This document shows, piece by piece, positions 38,237 to 48,053 of a stretch of DNA of 64,000 nt. The translations under genes and the position numbers were made by a program. Source of the stretch: Nitrospirota bacterium (GTDB taxonomy: Bacteria > Nitrospirota > UBA9217). Position 1 is the stretch's first letter, and the number at the start of each line of letters is the position of its first letter. The notes below the pieces were generated by a model. It was not told the DNA's origin and searched no databases. It saw only the letters and a list, made by a program, of their open reading frames with translations. The stretch spans positions 1,088,001 to 1,152,000 of the forward strand of contig OY760142.1 of the NCBI GenBank assembly GCA_963663225.1, written 5' to 3'.

Positions 38237-39145
38237 TTGAACGACAGCATAAAAGCAGAAGGCCGTGCTTTTGCAGAATTTCTTAAATCCCTTCCTGAGA
38301 GTGAACGGATTAAGGGCAACGAATTAGAACGCCGACGAGCAGAAGAAGAGTTCAAGCAGTTTCAAGAAGAATATGATAAGGGCTGCTGCTATCTTTGCAA
38401 CAAACCACTTACTTCTTTCAGCAAGAAACTCCCCTGCATCCACTGGTTATTGAAACCGAAGGGATTCAAGAAAAAAGATATAAAACTTGTTGCCAGTGTA
38501 TATGGCTTTTTTCAAATTCAGAGTTACCTGCGCTGGTTCGCAAACCAAGCTGGGTTTGCGCGAAATATTAATGACATGCCAGAGGGGGGCACAGGGAAGC
38601 TATTTGAAGTAACTATAAGATATCGTAATCTTGAATGGTCCTTCTCATGTGCTGAAGGCGATTACAACGGACATGACACATCACAACACGGTCAACAGCC
38701 ACATTACCATTTTCAAATGCGAGTAGACAAAAAACCATTTATTGATTTTGGTGATTTTCATATTCCATTCAGCAAAATGGATGTTATTAATATTGAAGCT
38801 ATGCGAGCACAGCCCAATCTTATAAAGCAACGGCATTCGTTTGGGGAAGGCATGAAGGATGTATTACGAGACGATACAGTCGAACAGATAATTAATGTGA
38901 CTGTCCCAGATGGTTATAATTCTGAAGAGGCCCCATTTAAAATCGATACCATTGCGATTGCAGAAGACGGGAAAACAATTAAAGGCGATGATGTCTACAA
39001 TCTCATTCAGGAGGCTAAAGCTAAAGGGGTTACAGTTGCTAGCCTCATGCACAAACTACCAAACGCACAAGCTCGCATCATTGTTTCTCCGGGGCCTGGC
39101 GTCGTCGAACAGGCTCCTCGTTCAAAGCGAAAAAAGGATAAGTAG
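38237..39145 (+). CDS. Integron cassette 1: hypothetical protein (302 aa)
   Basis: TTG start with GGAG RBS; AT-rich codons; followed by attC. Confidence 0.8.
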   Translation: MNDSIKAEGRAFAEFLKSLPESERIKGNELERRRAEEEFKQFQEEYDKGCCYLCNKPLTSFSKKLPCIHWLLKPKGFKKKDIKLVASVYGFFQIQSYLRWFANQAGFARNINDMPEGGTGKLFEVTIRYRNLEWSFSCAEGDYNGHDTSQHGQQPHYHFQMRVDKKPFIDFGDFHIPFSKMDVINIEAMRAQPNLIKQRHSFGEGMKDVLRDDTVEQIINVTVPDGYNSEEAPFKIDTIAIAEDGKTIKGDDVYNLIQEAKAKGVTVASLMHKLPNAQARIIVSPGPGVVEQAPRSKRKKDK

Positions 39146-39156
39146 TAATTGTGCTA

Positions 39157-39217
39157 TTCTAACCAATCGGCTCGAGAGGGTCGCGAAAACCGCGCGCCCT
39201 CAGCCGAGCCGTTATGT
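39157..39217 (+). repeat. attC site 1
   Basis: TTCTAAC...TCGGCT(C)GAGAGGG/CCCTCAGCCGA...GTTATGT imperfect palindrome, 61 bp. Confidence 0.85.
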
Positions 39218-39247
39218 CATCAAGGAACTACAAGGAATCTCGAGAAT

Positions 39248-40099
39248 ATGGATAAATTCAGCAAAAGGAGAATCTTCAAGACGCTGGCTGCAATTGCGGT
39301 TATTGTGACCGTAGGTTCTCTAACGTATATCTTTCTCTGGGGTAAACTGTTCCCCTATTCACCCGTGAAGTTGGGTTTCGCAAAACATGAGCTACCAAAC
39401 ACAATTATCTACGTCCAACACGGGGCTAAATGCGACAACCTCTCGGCGATCGATTCGTATCCACCTGGGGTAGAGAAGTTGCACGAACTACGATTCCGCA
39501 GGAAACCCGTAATCTACATTTTTCGAGATAAAGACAGCTATCTGCGCCGTTCCATGACGAAGGCCAGGTTCTATGCCTATCCAAACGACGGTCTAGTGAT
39601 ATCGCCATGGGCACTTCAAGAGGCGCAAGAGGGCAAGATCTCCTTGGAAATATACCTGAAGCATGAGTTGTCCCATACGCTGCTGTACCAGCACATGGGA
39701 ATTCTTGCCGCATATGTATACTTTCCACAGTGGCTTCTCGAAGGAATAGCCATGTATCATTCAAATCAAATGGGTACATCGTGGTATCCAGGGAAAAAGG
39801 AAGCATACGCTTACATAACACAAGGCAATTTCATAGACCCAAGGGACTACGCAACAGCAAGAGAAGAAAGCGCTGTTTTGAACGTTCAGTATCCCATCGC
39901 CTTCATCTACTCCGAATTCGGCTGCATTGTTGATGATCTCATTACAACATTTGGAAAAGAAAAATTCTTACAATACGTGGAGCGGTTAAGTTCTGGTTCC
40001 AATCACGACAAAGTCTTCAGAGAAATCTATGGGATTGATTTCGATCGTTTCTTGTTCAATTTCAAGCAGCGCGTGAAGGAGACTGTCAAGAAGACATAA
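39248..40099 (+). CDS. Integron cassette 2: membrane-anchored zincin (peptidase MA-like)
   Basis: N-terminal TM; HELSH (HExxH) with PQWLLEGIAMY; stop codon lies inside attC. Confidence 0.8.
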   Translation: MDKFSKRRIFKTLAAIAVIVTVGSLTYIFLWGKLFPYSPVKLGFAKHELPNTIIYVQHGAKCDNLSAIDSYPPGVEKLHELRFRRKPVIYIFRDKDSYLRRSMTKARFYAYPNDGLVISPWALQEAQEGKISLEIYLKHELSHTLLYQHMGILAAYVYFPQWLLEGIAMYHSNQMGTSWYPGKKEAYAYITQGNFIDPRDYATAREESAVLNVQYPIAFIYSEFGCIVDDLITTFGKEKFLQYVERLSSGSNHDKVFREIYGIDFDRFLFNFKQRVKETVKKT

Positions 40100-40149
40100 C
40101 CCGTCAATACAGCCGATCGCTTACGCTCCGGCTGATTTTTTTGTTACGC
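40094..40149 (+). repeat. attC site 2
   Basis: ACATAAC...AAT(A)CAGCCG/CGGCTGATT...GTTACGC; ACATAAC is the exact complement of the GTTATGT that opens this cassette. Confidence 0.85.
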
Positions 40150-40288
40150 AACGACAGTTCATGCGCAGATCGCTCCTTATCCAATACTTTCAGATTGCCT
40201 TCTCTTTCGCTTGCTTTTACCGCATCAGGATGCTAATCTACTTATGCTGCATGGATTAAAAACCAGCACGGTACAGGGGGGATTTGCC

Positions 40289-40972
40289 ATGCTTGTCGAG
40301 TATTTAAAAAAAATTCCGCTCTTTAGCCATCTCAAACCAAACCAGCTCAAAGAACTCGCCTCGCGCTGCAAGAACGTTCAATTCAAAAAAAATGCCGTGG
40401 TTTTTTACAAAACGGACCTGAGCACCGACCTCTATATTGTCAACTCAGGCAAGCTCAAAGCGGTGCTCACGGACGAAGAGGGCGACGAAATGGTGATTGC
40501 CCATTTTGAAAAAGGCGCTTTTTTCGGGGAACTGAGCCTGCTTGACGGCAAAGGCCGCTCTGCGACGATCGTCGCGGATGCCGACTCCGAGCTCTCCGTG
40601 CTCAGACAGGACATGTTTTTGGACCTGCTTTACGGCAATCCCCGCATTGCGGTGGAACTGATGATCACCCTGGTTGACCGCCTCCGCAAAGCCGATGAGA
40701 TGATTGAATCTCTCGCGTTTCTGGAAGTCGGCGAGCGGCTCGTCCGTGTGTTTCTCGACGGCGCGGCAGCAGGTGGAGATTGTTCGGCAGGATTTCTTAA
40801 GGCAGGGAAGCCAACTCACAAGGAGCTTGCGGCGCGCATCGGGTCCTCTCGTGAGGCGGTGTCAAAATGCATGAAGGTGCTTACGACAAAGGGAATTGTC
40901 CGGGAAGCGGAAGGACAGATTCTTATCGCGCAGAACGCTCTGGACAGATTAAAAAGCGACGCTCATTCATAA
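40289..40972 (+). CDS. Crp/Fnr family transcriptional regulator
   Basis: FFGELSLLDGKGRSAT cNMP motif; HTH THKELAARIGSSREAVSK. Confidence 0.93.
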   Translation: MLVEYLKKIPLFSHLKPNQLKELASRCKNVQFKKNAVVFYKTDLSTDLYIVNSGKLKAVLTDEEGDEMVIAHFEKGAFFGELSLLDGKGRSATIVADADSELSVLRQDMFLDLLYGNPRIAVELMITLVDRLRKADEMIESLAFLEVGERLVRVFLDGAAAGGDCSAGFLKAGKPTHKELAARIGSSREAVSKCMKVLTTKGIVREAEGQILIAQNALDRLKSDAHS

Positions 40973-41054
40973 TCCGCCGCTCATTATTTCTTTCCGCACC
41001 TGCACTCTTCTTGAAATTCCGGCAAATCAAAATAATTTGTGAATAAAAACAGAA

Positions 41055-41081
41055 ATGCTCCCGGCACAAGACCGGGAGCAT
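41055..41081 (-). terminator. Terminator hairpin after trpB2
   Basis: ATGCTCCCGG/CCGGGAGCAT stem with T-rich tail on the minus strand. Confidence 0.6.
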
Positions 41082-41089
41082 GAGAATCA

Positions 41090-42448
41090 TTATATCTTCG
41101 GCAATTTTGCGAGCGACTTTTGTATGTCTTCTTCCGGATGTTCATGGTCGAACAGCTTGCCCTCGCGGTAGTCCGCATAGGCCTGCAGATCAAGATATCC
41201 GTGTCCGCTCAGGTTGAAGAGAATCGTTCTCTGTTTTCCCTCCTCTTTGGCAAGGAGTGCTTCATCAATCGCGGCGCGGATCGCGTGCGCGCTCTCCGGG
41301 GCCGGAATGATCGATTCCGTGTTGGAAAAGAGAACCGCCGCCTCGAAAACTTTGGTCTGCGGATATGCCACGGCCTCGATAATCTTGTCATGGTAGAGCT
41401 GGGAGACCAGCGATGAATCTCCATGGTACCTGAGTCCGCCGGCGTGAATTCCCGAAGGGATAAAGTCATGGCCGAGCGTGTACATGGTCATAAGCGGGGT
41501 AAGTCCTGCAACATCTCCAAAGTCATAGCGGAATTCACCCTTCGTGAGCGTGGGACAGGAGGTCGGTTCCACGGCGACGGCCCGGAGGTCCTTCTTTTTT
41601 CCAGCCAGCTTGTCATGAACAAACGGGAACGCGATGCCGGCAAAGTTGCTTCCTCCTCCGCAGCAGCCGATTACCACGTCAGGATAGTCACCGGCAATCT
41701 CAAATTGTTTTTTCGCCTCGAGTCCGATCACGGTCTGGTGCAGGCAGACATGGTTCAATACCGAGCCCAGCGCGTAGTTCGTATCACCATGGGTGGCCGC
41801 GTCTTCCACGGCTTCAGAAATGGCGATGCCGAGGCTTCCCGTGCTGTCAGGATCACGTTCGAGAATTTTTCTGCCGGCCTCTGTCAGCTTTGATGGACTT
41901 GCGTGCACGGTGGCGCCCCAGGTCTCCATCTGCATTCTCCGGTACGGCTTCTGACCGTAGCTTACCTTTACCATGTACACTGTTACGTCCAGACCGAACA
42001 GTTTTCCGGCCAGCGCCATGGAGGCCCCCCATTGCCCTGCGCCGGTTTCGGTCGCGATACGCTTGATCCCTGCTTTTTTGTTGTAGTACGCCTGTGGGAT
42101 GGAGGTATTCGGTTTATGACTTCCGGCGGGACTCACCCCTTCATATTTATAATAAATCTTCGCCGGTGTTTTCAAGGCTTGTTCAAGCCGGTGCGCGCGA
42201 TACAGTGGTGACGGTCTCCAGAGCGAATAAATGTCGAGTACTTCTTCGGGAATGTCGATCCAACGCTCCTGGGTCACTTCCTGCTCGATAAGCGCCATCG
42301 GGAAAATAGGCAACAGGTCCTGCGGTGTCACCGGCTGTTTTGTTGCCGGGTGGAGCGGAGGCTTTGGCAGGTGCGGCATATCAGCCATGATGTTGTACCA
42401 TTTGGTGGGGATTTCCTTGTCGGAAAGGACTATTTTAGTCTGCTTCAT
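41090..42448 (-). CDS. trpB2: Tryptophan synthase beta chain 2 (stand-alone TrpB-like)
   Basis: [23 protein letters not shown] and [10 protein letters not shown] motifs; no adjacent trpA. Confidence 0.93.
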   Translation of the reverse strand: MKQTKIVLSDKEIPTKWYNIMADMPHLPKPPLHPATKQPVTPQDLLPIFPMALIEQEVTQERWIDIPEEVLDIYSLWRPSPLYRAHRLEQALKTPAKIYYKYEGVSPAGSHKPNTSIPQAYYNKKAGIKRIATETGAGQWGASMALAGKLFGLDVTVYMVKVSYGQKPYRRMQMETWGATVHASPSKLTEAGRKILERDPDSTGSLGIAISEAVEDAATHGDTNYALGSVLNHVCLHQTVIGLEAKKQFEIAGDYPDVVIGCCGGGSNFAGIAFPFVHDKLAGKKKDLRAVAVEPTSCPTLTKGEFRYDFGDVAGLTPLMTMYTLGHDFIPSGIHAGGLRYHGDSSLVSQLYHDKIIEAVAYPQTKVFEAAVLFSNTESIIPAPESAHAIRAAIDEALLAKEEGKQRTILFNLSGHGYLDLQAYADYREGKLFDHEHPEEDIQKSLAKLPKI

Positions 42449-42546
42449 TACTTCCTCCTGCGGCTAAAATATAAGCAAAAAACTTGCGTATTGTATCCTA
42501 TTCCAGGCCTTTTCTCAACGGGATTTTCCGGGAAGGGAACCGTCTG

Positions 42547-43032
42547 TCAGGAAATTCCGACGCGGACGAGTGTCGGTTTTAATATCCCTACCGCATCTTT
42601 TGGGTCCATGCCGACAAGGTACCCCCGCCTGCCGCCGTTGATATAAATTCTGGGAAGATCCGCTATTGTTGCTTCCATGAATACCGGCATTTTTTTTCGA
42701 GTGCCGAACGGCGAGGTCCCGCCTACCTGATACCCGGAATGCCGCTGGGCAACCGCAGGATCGCAGGGAGTGACGCTCTTGGTGCCCACAACCCTGGCGA
42801 GTTCCTTCGTGGAGACCTTCAGATCACCGTGCATCAGTACAATCAGTGGATTTTTCCGTTCGTCCTCCATGATCAGTGTCTTGATTACGTGGTGTTCCGG
42901 CACCTGCAATTCACGGGCGCAGACCTCCGTACCTCCATGATCTTCATACGTATACGGGTGGTCTGTATACTCAACGCCTGCATCACGCAAGACCCGTATT
43001 GCGGGTGTTACCGATAGTTTGTCTTTGCTCAT
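42547..43032 (-). CDS. ybaK: Cys-tRNA(Pro) deacylase
   Basis: TPAIRVL, VIKTL, GYQVGGTSPFG and INGGRRG motifs. Confidence 0.9.
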   Translation of the reverse strand: MSKDKLSVTPAIRVLRDAGVEYTDHPYTYEDHGGTEVCARELQVPEHHVIKTLIMEDERKNPLIVLMHGDLKVSTKELARVVGTKSVTPCDPAVAQRHSGYQVGGTSPFGTRKKMPVFMEATIADLPRIYINGGRRGYLVGMDPKDAVGILKPTLVRVGIS

Positions 43033-43116
43033 ACGAGTTTGTATCCTTAAAATATCATTTTGGTGGCTTGCAAAAAACCGTTCTGCGCGCGAATCAGAAC
43101 ATTCGGGCACACTATT

Positions 43117-44292
43117 TTAAGCGGGTATTCGGCTTGATGCTTGTTTCCTTAACAAGAAAAAGCCCACAGTGCCCGCCGCAAGAGAGCTGAACAAAATGCT
43201 CATCTTTGAACTTGAAACGATCCCGGGGTTGTTGAACGCCAGCAGTGTTATGAAAATTGACATGGTAAACCCGATTCCACCCAGAAATCCGGCGCCGAGA
43301 ATGTGTTTCCAGGACACGTCATCCGGCAATTGGGAAATCCCCATTTTAACCGCCAGCAGGCTGAACAGAAAAATTCCAAGAGGTTTTCCGGCAAACAAGC
43401 CTGCAAAAATGCCTGCACAGTTCAGCGTCAGCAGGCCTTCCATCCAGTTCCCGCTCAACGCAATACCGGTGTTTGCCAGCGCAAAAATCGGCATGATAAT
43501 AAACGCCACCGGTATATGCACAAAATGCTGCAGCCGGTAGGAAGGTGATTTTTCGCCGCCGTCTGCAAAAGGTATGGCAAAGGCAAGGAGAACTCCGGTG
43601 AGTGTTGGATGAATGCCGGATTTAAGCATGCAATACCACAGGACGCATCCGGGCAGAATATACGCGGGCAACCAGCGCACGTTCAGGCGGTTTAAGCATA
43701 TCAGCCCGGCGAATATTCCTGCTGCGAGCGCAAAATAAGCAGCGGAAAAGTCACTCGAGTAAAACAATGCAATGACAATTATTGCTCCCAAGTCGTCGAT
43801 AATGGCCAGCGCGGCGAGAAAAATTTTTACGGCTACCGGAACCTTATCTCCCAGCAGCGCGAGCACTCCGAGCGCAAATGCGATATCGGTTGCCATCGGA
43901 ATACCCATGCCTGCCTGAGTTGCGGTTCCCCGATTGAGAAGCAGGTGAAAAAATGCCGGGGTGATCATGCCGCCCAGAGCGGCAATAACCGGCAAGGTTG
44001 CGTTTTTTATACTCGATAATTCACCAATATAAAGTTCCCGTTCAATCTCCAGTCCGATCAGCAGAAAGAAAATTGTCATTAAGCCGTCATTAACCCAATG
44101 CTCAATGCTGTGCGTCAAGGCAATTCCGCCTATGCTCACGCCGATTTTCGTCTGCCAGAATTCAATATATCCGCTTCCGAATTGCGAATTGGCGATAAGA
44201 ATCGAAATGACTGTACAGAAAATCAGGACACTGCCTGACATCTGTTCGCTTTTAAAAAATTCCTGAAAAAGTTTGGTCAATACTGTTTTCAT
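43117..44292 (-). CDS. nhaA: Na+/H+ antiporter NhaA
   Basis: WVNDGLM, ATDIAFA, IIDDLGA and GIGFTMS motifs. Confidence 0.96.
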   Translation of the reverse strand: MKTVLTKLFQEFFKSEQMSGSVLIFCTVISILIANSQFGSGYIEFWQTKIGVSIGGIALTHSIEHWVNDGLMTIFFLLIGLEIERELYIGELSSIKNATLPVIAALGGMITPAFFHLLLNRGTATQAGMGIPMATDIAFALGVLALLGDKVPVAVKIFLAALAIIDDLGAIIVIALFYSSDFSAAYFALAAGIFAGLICLNRLNVRWLPAYILPGCVLWYCMLKSGIHPTLTGVLLAFAIPFADGGEKSPSYRLQHFVHIPVAFIIMPIFALANTGIALSGNWMEGLLTLNCAGIFAGLFAGKPLGIFLFSLLAVKMGISQLPDDVSWKHILGAGFLGGIGFTMSIFITLLAFNNPGIVSSSKMSILFSSLAAGTVGFFLLRKQASSRIPA

Positions 44293-44448
44293 ACCGATAG
44301 ATCTCTATGCAGCACAGAGCCCGGTGATACCTTGACGCTGCTCGGAACAAAAAATTTTTCATGCTCATCGCAACAAAAGGATGTATTCGTGCAGATGGTA
44401 TTCTGCCGTATCTGGTGGGATAAAAAGCTTTTCGGGCACCCGCCTGCA

Positions 44449-44724
44449 CTACATCCCGATGGAAAACATGCTGTCCAGGTCGTGGCGGGAATAAACCCGG
44501 AAGGAAATAAGCGTTTCAGATTTGAGTATTCCCTCGACCTTCAGCATCTGGTTTGTTACCAGTTCCGCCATTTGCTCGTTGTCCTTTGCGCGGATGACCA
44601 CCGCGAGATCAAAGCGTCCTGCGACAGAGTATACTTCGCTGATCCCCGGCATTTCCGCCAATGTTTCAGCGACGATATTCACTTTACCCCGCTCAATGTT
44701 CAGAAGAACCAGCGCCGTTACCAT
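44449..44724 (-). CDS. Stand-alone Lrp/AsnC ligand-binding (RAM) domain protein
   Basis: EVYSVAGRFDL; 91 aa with no HTH. Confidence 0.85.
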   Translation of the reverse strand: MVTALVLLNIERGKVNIVAETLAEMPGISEVYSVAGRFDLAVVIRAKDNEQMAELVTNQMLKVEGILKSETLISFRVYSRHDLDSMFSIGM

Positions 44725-44782
44725 GTGACCTCCCCGTTTTTTGTGATCATTATAGCAGATTTAGCTTGATTGACCAAACGAT

Positions 44783-45697
44783 TCACCCCGCGCACCGCGG
44801 ATCCGGCGCGGCTATATTCCCCGTGTGAAGGTACGCGTGTGCCGGACAACCTCCATGGCATTTTGCGTGAAGTTCGCACTTCTTGCGGGGGCATGCATTG
44901 TTCGTGTGTGTCCGAAAAAAGCTGAGTGAAGGATGATTCCAGATCAATTCAAAAGAATCATACAGAATGTTTCCGAGCAAAAACGCACCGGCTCCGAAAA
45001 AAAGATTGCAGGGATACACCGAACCATCCGGCATTACACCCAGCTTGGTTGTACCGGCCGGGCAACGCGTCCCGGCAAGATCCGGATACTGCTTTACATC
45101 AGGAAGAAATCCGGAGCAATATACGGTGTCGATTTTCGACGCCAGATAGAATTTCTGCTGGGCTGTGGACATGAATTGGTAAAAAGGCACAGCCTTGTCG
45201 GAATCATTTTTATCCATGACATCCCGGTAAATAAGTGAAAATCGCTTCGGATGCAGCTGAAGGATTTCTGTTATGAGCGTGAGGTCGGTATGAGGACCAT
45301 ATGCGGTTTTCACGACGGGGTTGCAGTCCTGCACAAAGTTTTTGAGCTGCTGTAGCGATTCCCGGTCATTGATTGAAACACCCACCGTCGTTTTATGCTC
45401 CGCCCTCTGCAGCGCCTTCAACATATCGATATTGGAACCATTCGAGCTGATATTCACGCGCATTCCACAGTCCACTGCTTGGTGAACAAAATTACCGATG
45501 TCCGGGTGCAGGGTGGGCTCTCCCCCGATAATATCCAGGGTTTTTATGGGAAATGCGGCAACGTTCTTGATCATTATCGAAAAGTTTTGAAGTGGCATGT
45601 CCGGCAGCGGGGAGAGGTGATGGTTAAAGCAGAAGTCACAGGAACGATTGCAGCGAAGCGTTGGATAGAACTGTATATAATCGGGAGCGGTGCGCAT
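44783..45697 (-). CDS. Radical SAM/SPASM domain protein
   Basis: CNRSCDFC, GGEP, CPAG...DGSVYPC and C...C.....CHGGC...C motifs. Confidence 0.9.
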   Translation of the reverse strand: MRTAPDYIQFYPTLRCNRSCDFCFNHHLSPLPDMPLQNFSIMIKNVAAFPIKTLDIIGGEPTLHPDIGNFVHQAVDCGMRVNISSNGSNIDMLKALQRAEHKTTVGVSINDRESLQQLKNFVQDCNPVVKTAYGPHTDLTLITEILQLHPKRFSLIYRDVMDKNDSDKAVPFYQFMSTAQQKFYLASKIDTVYCSGFLPDVKQYPDLAGTRCPAGTTKLGVMPDGSVYPCNLFFGAGAFLLGNILYDSFELIWNHPSLSFFRTHTNNACPRKKCELHAKCHGGCPAHAYLHTGNIAAPDPRCAG

Positions 45698-45698
45698 T

Positions 45699-46556
45699 TT
45701 ATTTTATTGAAAATACGTTTTTCCTTTTTTGTATAAATCCTTCTTCGGTCAGCTGGTGAAGGCCTTTCTGTACGCGCTCGGCATCCAGCCTTGTCTTCTT
45801 GACAATTTGCGCCGATGTGAGGGATGATTCGTTAACAAGCAGTTTCAAAATCATTCCTCGCACCTGCCGGTTCGAGTTCTCGAAAGGACTTTGCCGCGTA
45901 TAATGCGCGCTTTTTCTGTTTGGGTTGATTTGCTGCTGTTTCAACATGCTCCCGTAATCCATAAGCGCGTTATACCACGATCGCGGGTCTTTCACATCAA
46001 GCGTTTGTTCTATCAGCGGGACAAGGTTTTCGTCCTTGATGTTTTCTTTATCTTTGAAGAACTCGTGAATAAAAACCCGCCTGATGTTCGTATCCATGAA
46101 TACAACAGGTTTATTAAACGCAAAAGCGGTTATCGCGCCAACGGTGTATTTCCCAATGCCGGGCAGGGAAAGCAGTTCAGCAGGATCAGAAGGCAGTTTT
46201 CCTTGGTATTCAGCCATGACCTGTTTGGCAAGTGATCGAAGCGCCAAAGCGCGGCGATTGTATCCCATGCCTGACCAGATGAAAAGGAGCTTTTGGAGTG
46301 GTGCCTCTGCGAGCGCACAAAAGTCGGGAAATGCCGCCAGAAAAATCTTGTACTTGTGCATCACCCGTTCCACCTGGGTCTGCTGAAGCATGATTTCGGA
46401 CACAAGAATCCGGTATGGATTCCTGGTCCTCCTCCAGGGAAGATCGCGTCCATGGGTGTGGTAATATTGATAGACTTTTCTTTGAAAAGTTTTGATTTGT
46501 GCTGCTGTGAGTTGTTTTTTTAGCAACTGTCTGTATCCTGCTCCCGATACTTTCAA
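45699..46556 (-). CDS. mutY: MutY-like HhH-GPD adenine glycosylase (short form, no Fe-S motif)
   Basis: RDLPWR, VSEIMLQQT, GMGYNRRA, LPGIGKYT and DTNIRRV motifs. Confidence 0.85.
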   Translation of the reverse strand: MKVSGAGYRQLLKKQLTAAQIKTFQRKVYQYYHTHGRDLPWRRTRNPYRILVSEIMLQQTQVERVMHKYKIFLAAFPDFCALAEAPLQKLLFIWSGMGYNRRALALRSLAKQVMAEYQGKLPSDPAELLSLPGIGKYTVGAITAFAFNKPVVFMDTNIRRVFIHEFFKDKENIKDENLVPLIEQTLDVKDPRSWYNALMDYGSMLKQQQINPNRKSAHYTRQSPFENSNRQVRGMILKLLVNESSLTSAQIVKKTRLDAERVQKGLHQLTEEGFIQKRKNVFSIK

Positions 46557-46558
46557 AT

Positions 46559-47275
46559 CTAGGGGATGACCCTTGTCTTCCTCTCTGGAAAACTGATTAC
46601 CGTGGTTTGTGAAGGGGTTCGTTCGTCTCTCGTATAAACAAAATCTGTCCTCACAAGTTCGATCGGTTTATCGCCTGGCTGAAACATCTTCATTACCTTC
46701 ACCCGGCCCTGTTTATCATAGGTATATTCCGTAAAGCTAATGAGTGCTTCCCTGTCCGTGGTGAGCAGGTTTTTCAACTCCTCCATTCCGGGAGGTATGA
46801 TCGCCCATGTCCCGATGATAAAACCGGCCGCTCCTCCTGCAATAGGCAGGACCACGGCTGCAGCGAGGGAATATAGACCTTCTTTTCCACCCGTGCGCCC
46901 GGCTGCTTCCGCAGCTCCCAACCCCAGCACGGTTCCCACTTTGAAGCCGTTCTCGGTCCAGGAGTACAAAACATTGAGCGGACGCATCAAATCAGCTTTC
47001 TGTTCCACGATCAGGACGTTAAAGGATTTAACAGGTTTGCCGTCTACCAGGTAAACAAGCGTAAACTGCTCTCCTGCTTTTTCCGGCCTTCTGCTCAAAA
47101 CCGACAGAAACAGCGGCAGTCCGTGCTGATCATAGTCAACATTCTTGATCTGTATAATCGTGATATCTGTTTTATCAGCAGCGGTGTGGTGAGAGAGATC
47201 AAGCCGTTTCGCGGAGCAGCCTGCCAGGCAGCAGAAAAAAATAAAAAATACAGCGACACGAAGTACCGTGGTCAT
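46559..47275 (-). CDS. Hypothetical lipoprotein
   Basis: Lipobox LAGC; Gly-zipper-like central segment. Confidence 0.65.
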   Translation of the reverse strand: MTTVLRVAVFFIFFCCLAGCSAKRLDLSHHTAADKTDITIIQIKNVDYDQHGLPLFLSVLSRRPEKAGEQFTLVYLVDGKPVKSFNVLIVEQKADLMRPLNVLYSWTENGFKVGTVLGLGAAEAAGRTGGKEGLYSLAAAVVLPIAGGAAGFIIGTWAIIPPGMEELKNLLTTDREALISFTEYTYDKQGRVKVMKMFQPGDKPIELVRTDFVYTRDERTPSQTTVISFPERKTRVIP

Positions 47276-47319
47276 GAGTTCGATTATATAGTATGGAAAA
47301 CAGACTGACAAGGGTCGGG

Positions 47320-47982
47320 CTACTTTTTTCTAAGCAGGATGTACAACGCCCCCAGGCCGCCGTCGCACTGTCTGGCAGAGACATAGGAGATAATATCCTT
47401 CCGAAAATGGCCCGAGAGGCGCCTGAGCACGCTTGTTTTGATCCGGGGACCGTTTACCGAACGGAGGCCCCTGCCGTGGATAATCTTAACACACCGCAAA
47501 CCCCGTGAGAGAGATTCTTTTAGAAAATCAGCCATCTTCGACTCTGCTTCCGCTACGGTGAACCCATGCAGATCCAGATAAGCCTGGATTGAAAATCGGC
47601 CTTTATGCATTTGCTCTGCCAGACCGCCCTGATAATCAGGGTTCGTCCACTCCACATATTCCTGCGTATCAGACAGACAGATGGCTTGCCGACCGTCTGC
47701 AATCCCGCAGAGAACCAGCAGGGCTTCCTGGTCAGGATCACCTCTTTCCTGAATCGGCACTTTCTTTTTTTGCCCCTGTGCAAAGGGCAATTCTCTGAAC
47801 TCTTTGATCTCTTTTACCATGTTCATGGCGGTGCTGAACAGTTCGTCATCGGTATACTCATTCTTTTTCTTTTGAACGGGGGGTAAGGAAGCAGGCAGTG
47901 TTTCTCTGCTCGCCAGCTTTTTTTTGAGCTTATCAAAGGGTCGAATGGCAAAATTCTTTGTGGGCGGGTTTTTGCCGTGCAT
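47320..47982 (-). CDS. Stand-alone Smr-domain protein
   Basis: LDLHG, IIHGRG and GGLGALYILL motifs. Confidence 0.9.
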   Translation of the reverse strand: MHGKNPPTKNFAIRPFDKLKKKLASRETLPASLPPVQKKKNEYTDDELFSTAMNMVKEIKEFRELPFAQGQKKKVPIQERGDPDQEALLVLCGIADGRQAICLSDTQEYVEWTNPDYQGGLAEQMHKGRFSIQAYLDLHGFTVAEAESKMADFLKESLSRGLRCVKIIHGRGLRSVNGPRIKTSVLRRLSGHFRKDIISYVSARQCDGGLGALYILLRKK

Positions 47983-48053
47983 GCACTATTGTACCACGCT
48001 GGTGTTCGCTGCACAATAATGACGAATATCCGGACGGGAAGCGGGCGGGCCTG

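Larger units (their letters stand above)
37846..40149 (+). mobile_element. Decayed chromosomal integron with two gene cassettes
   Basis: Divergent intI remnant, AT-rich attI-like region, Pc-like promoter, two ORF+attC units, lower GC than flanks. Confidence 0.85.

Noticed and set aside
39149-39247. Upstream extension of cassette 2 ORF
   Set aside because: It runs through attC1; ATG 39248 lies inside the cassette boundary.
40211-40972. Crp gene as a third integron cassette
   Set aside because: No attC follows it, its composition resembles the host, and it has its own spacer.
44293-44448. Na+/Li+ riboswitch upstream of nhaA
   Set aside because: No recognisable nhaA-I/II motif by eye.
44449-45697. 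Ahb/Nir heme-biosynthesis pair (Lrp-like plus rSAM)
   Set aside because: The Lrp protein is a lone RAM domain without the HTH-like part of AhbA/B, and no other heme genes are nearby.
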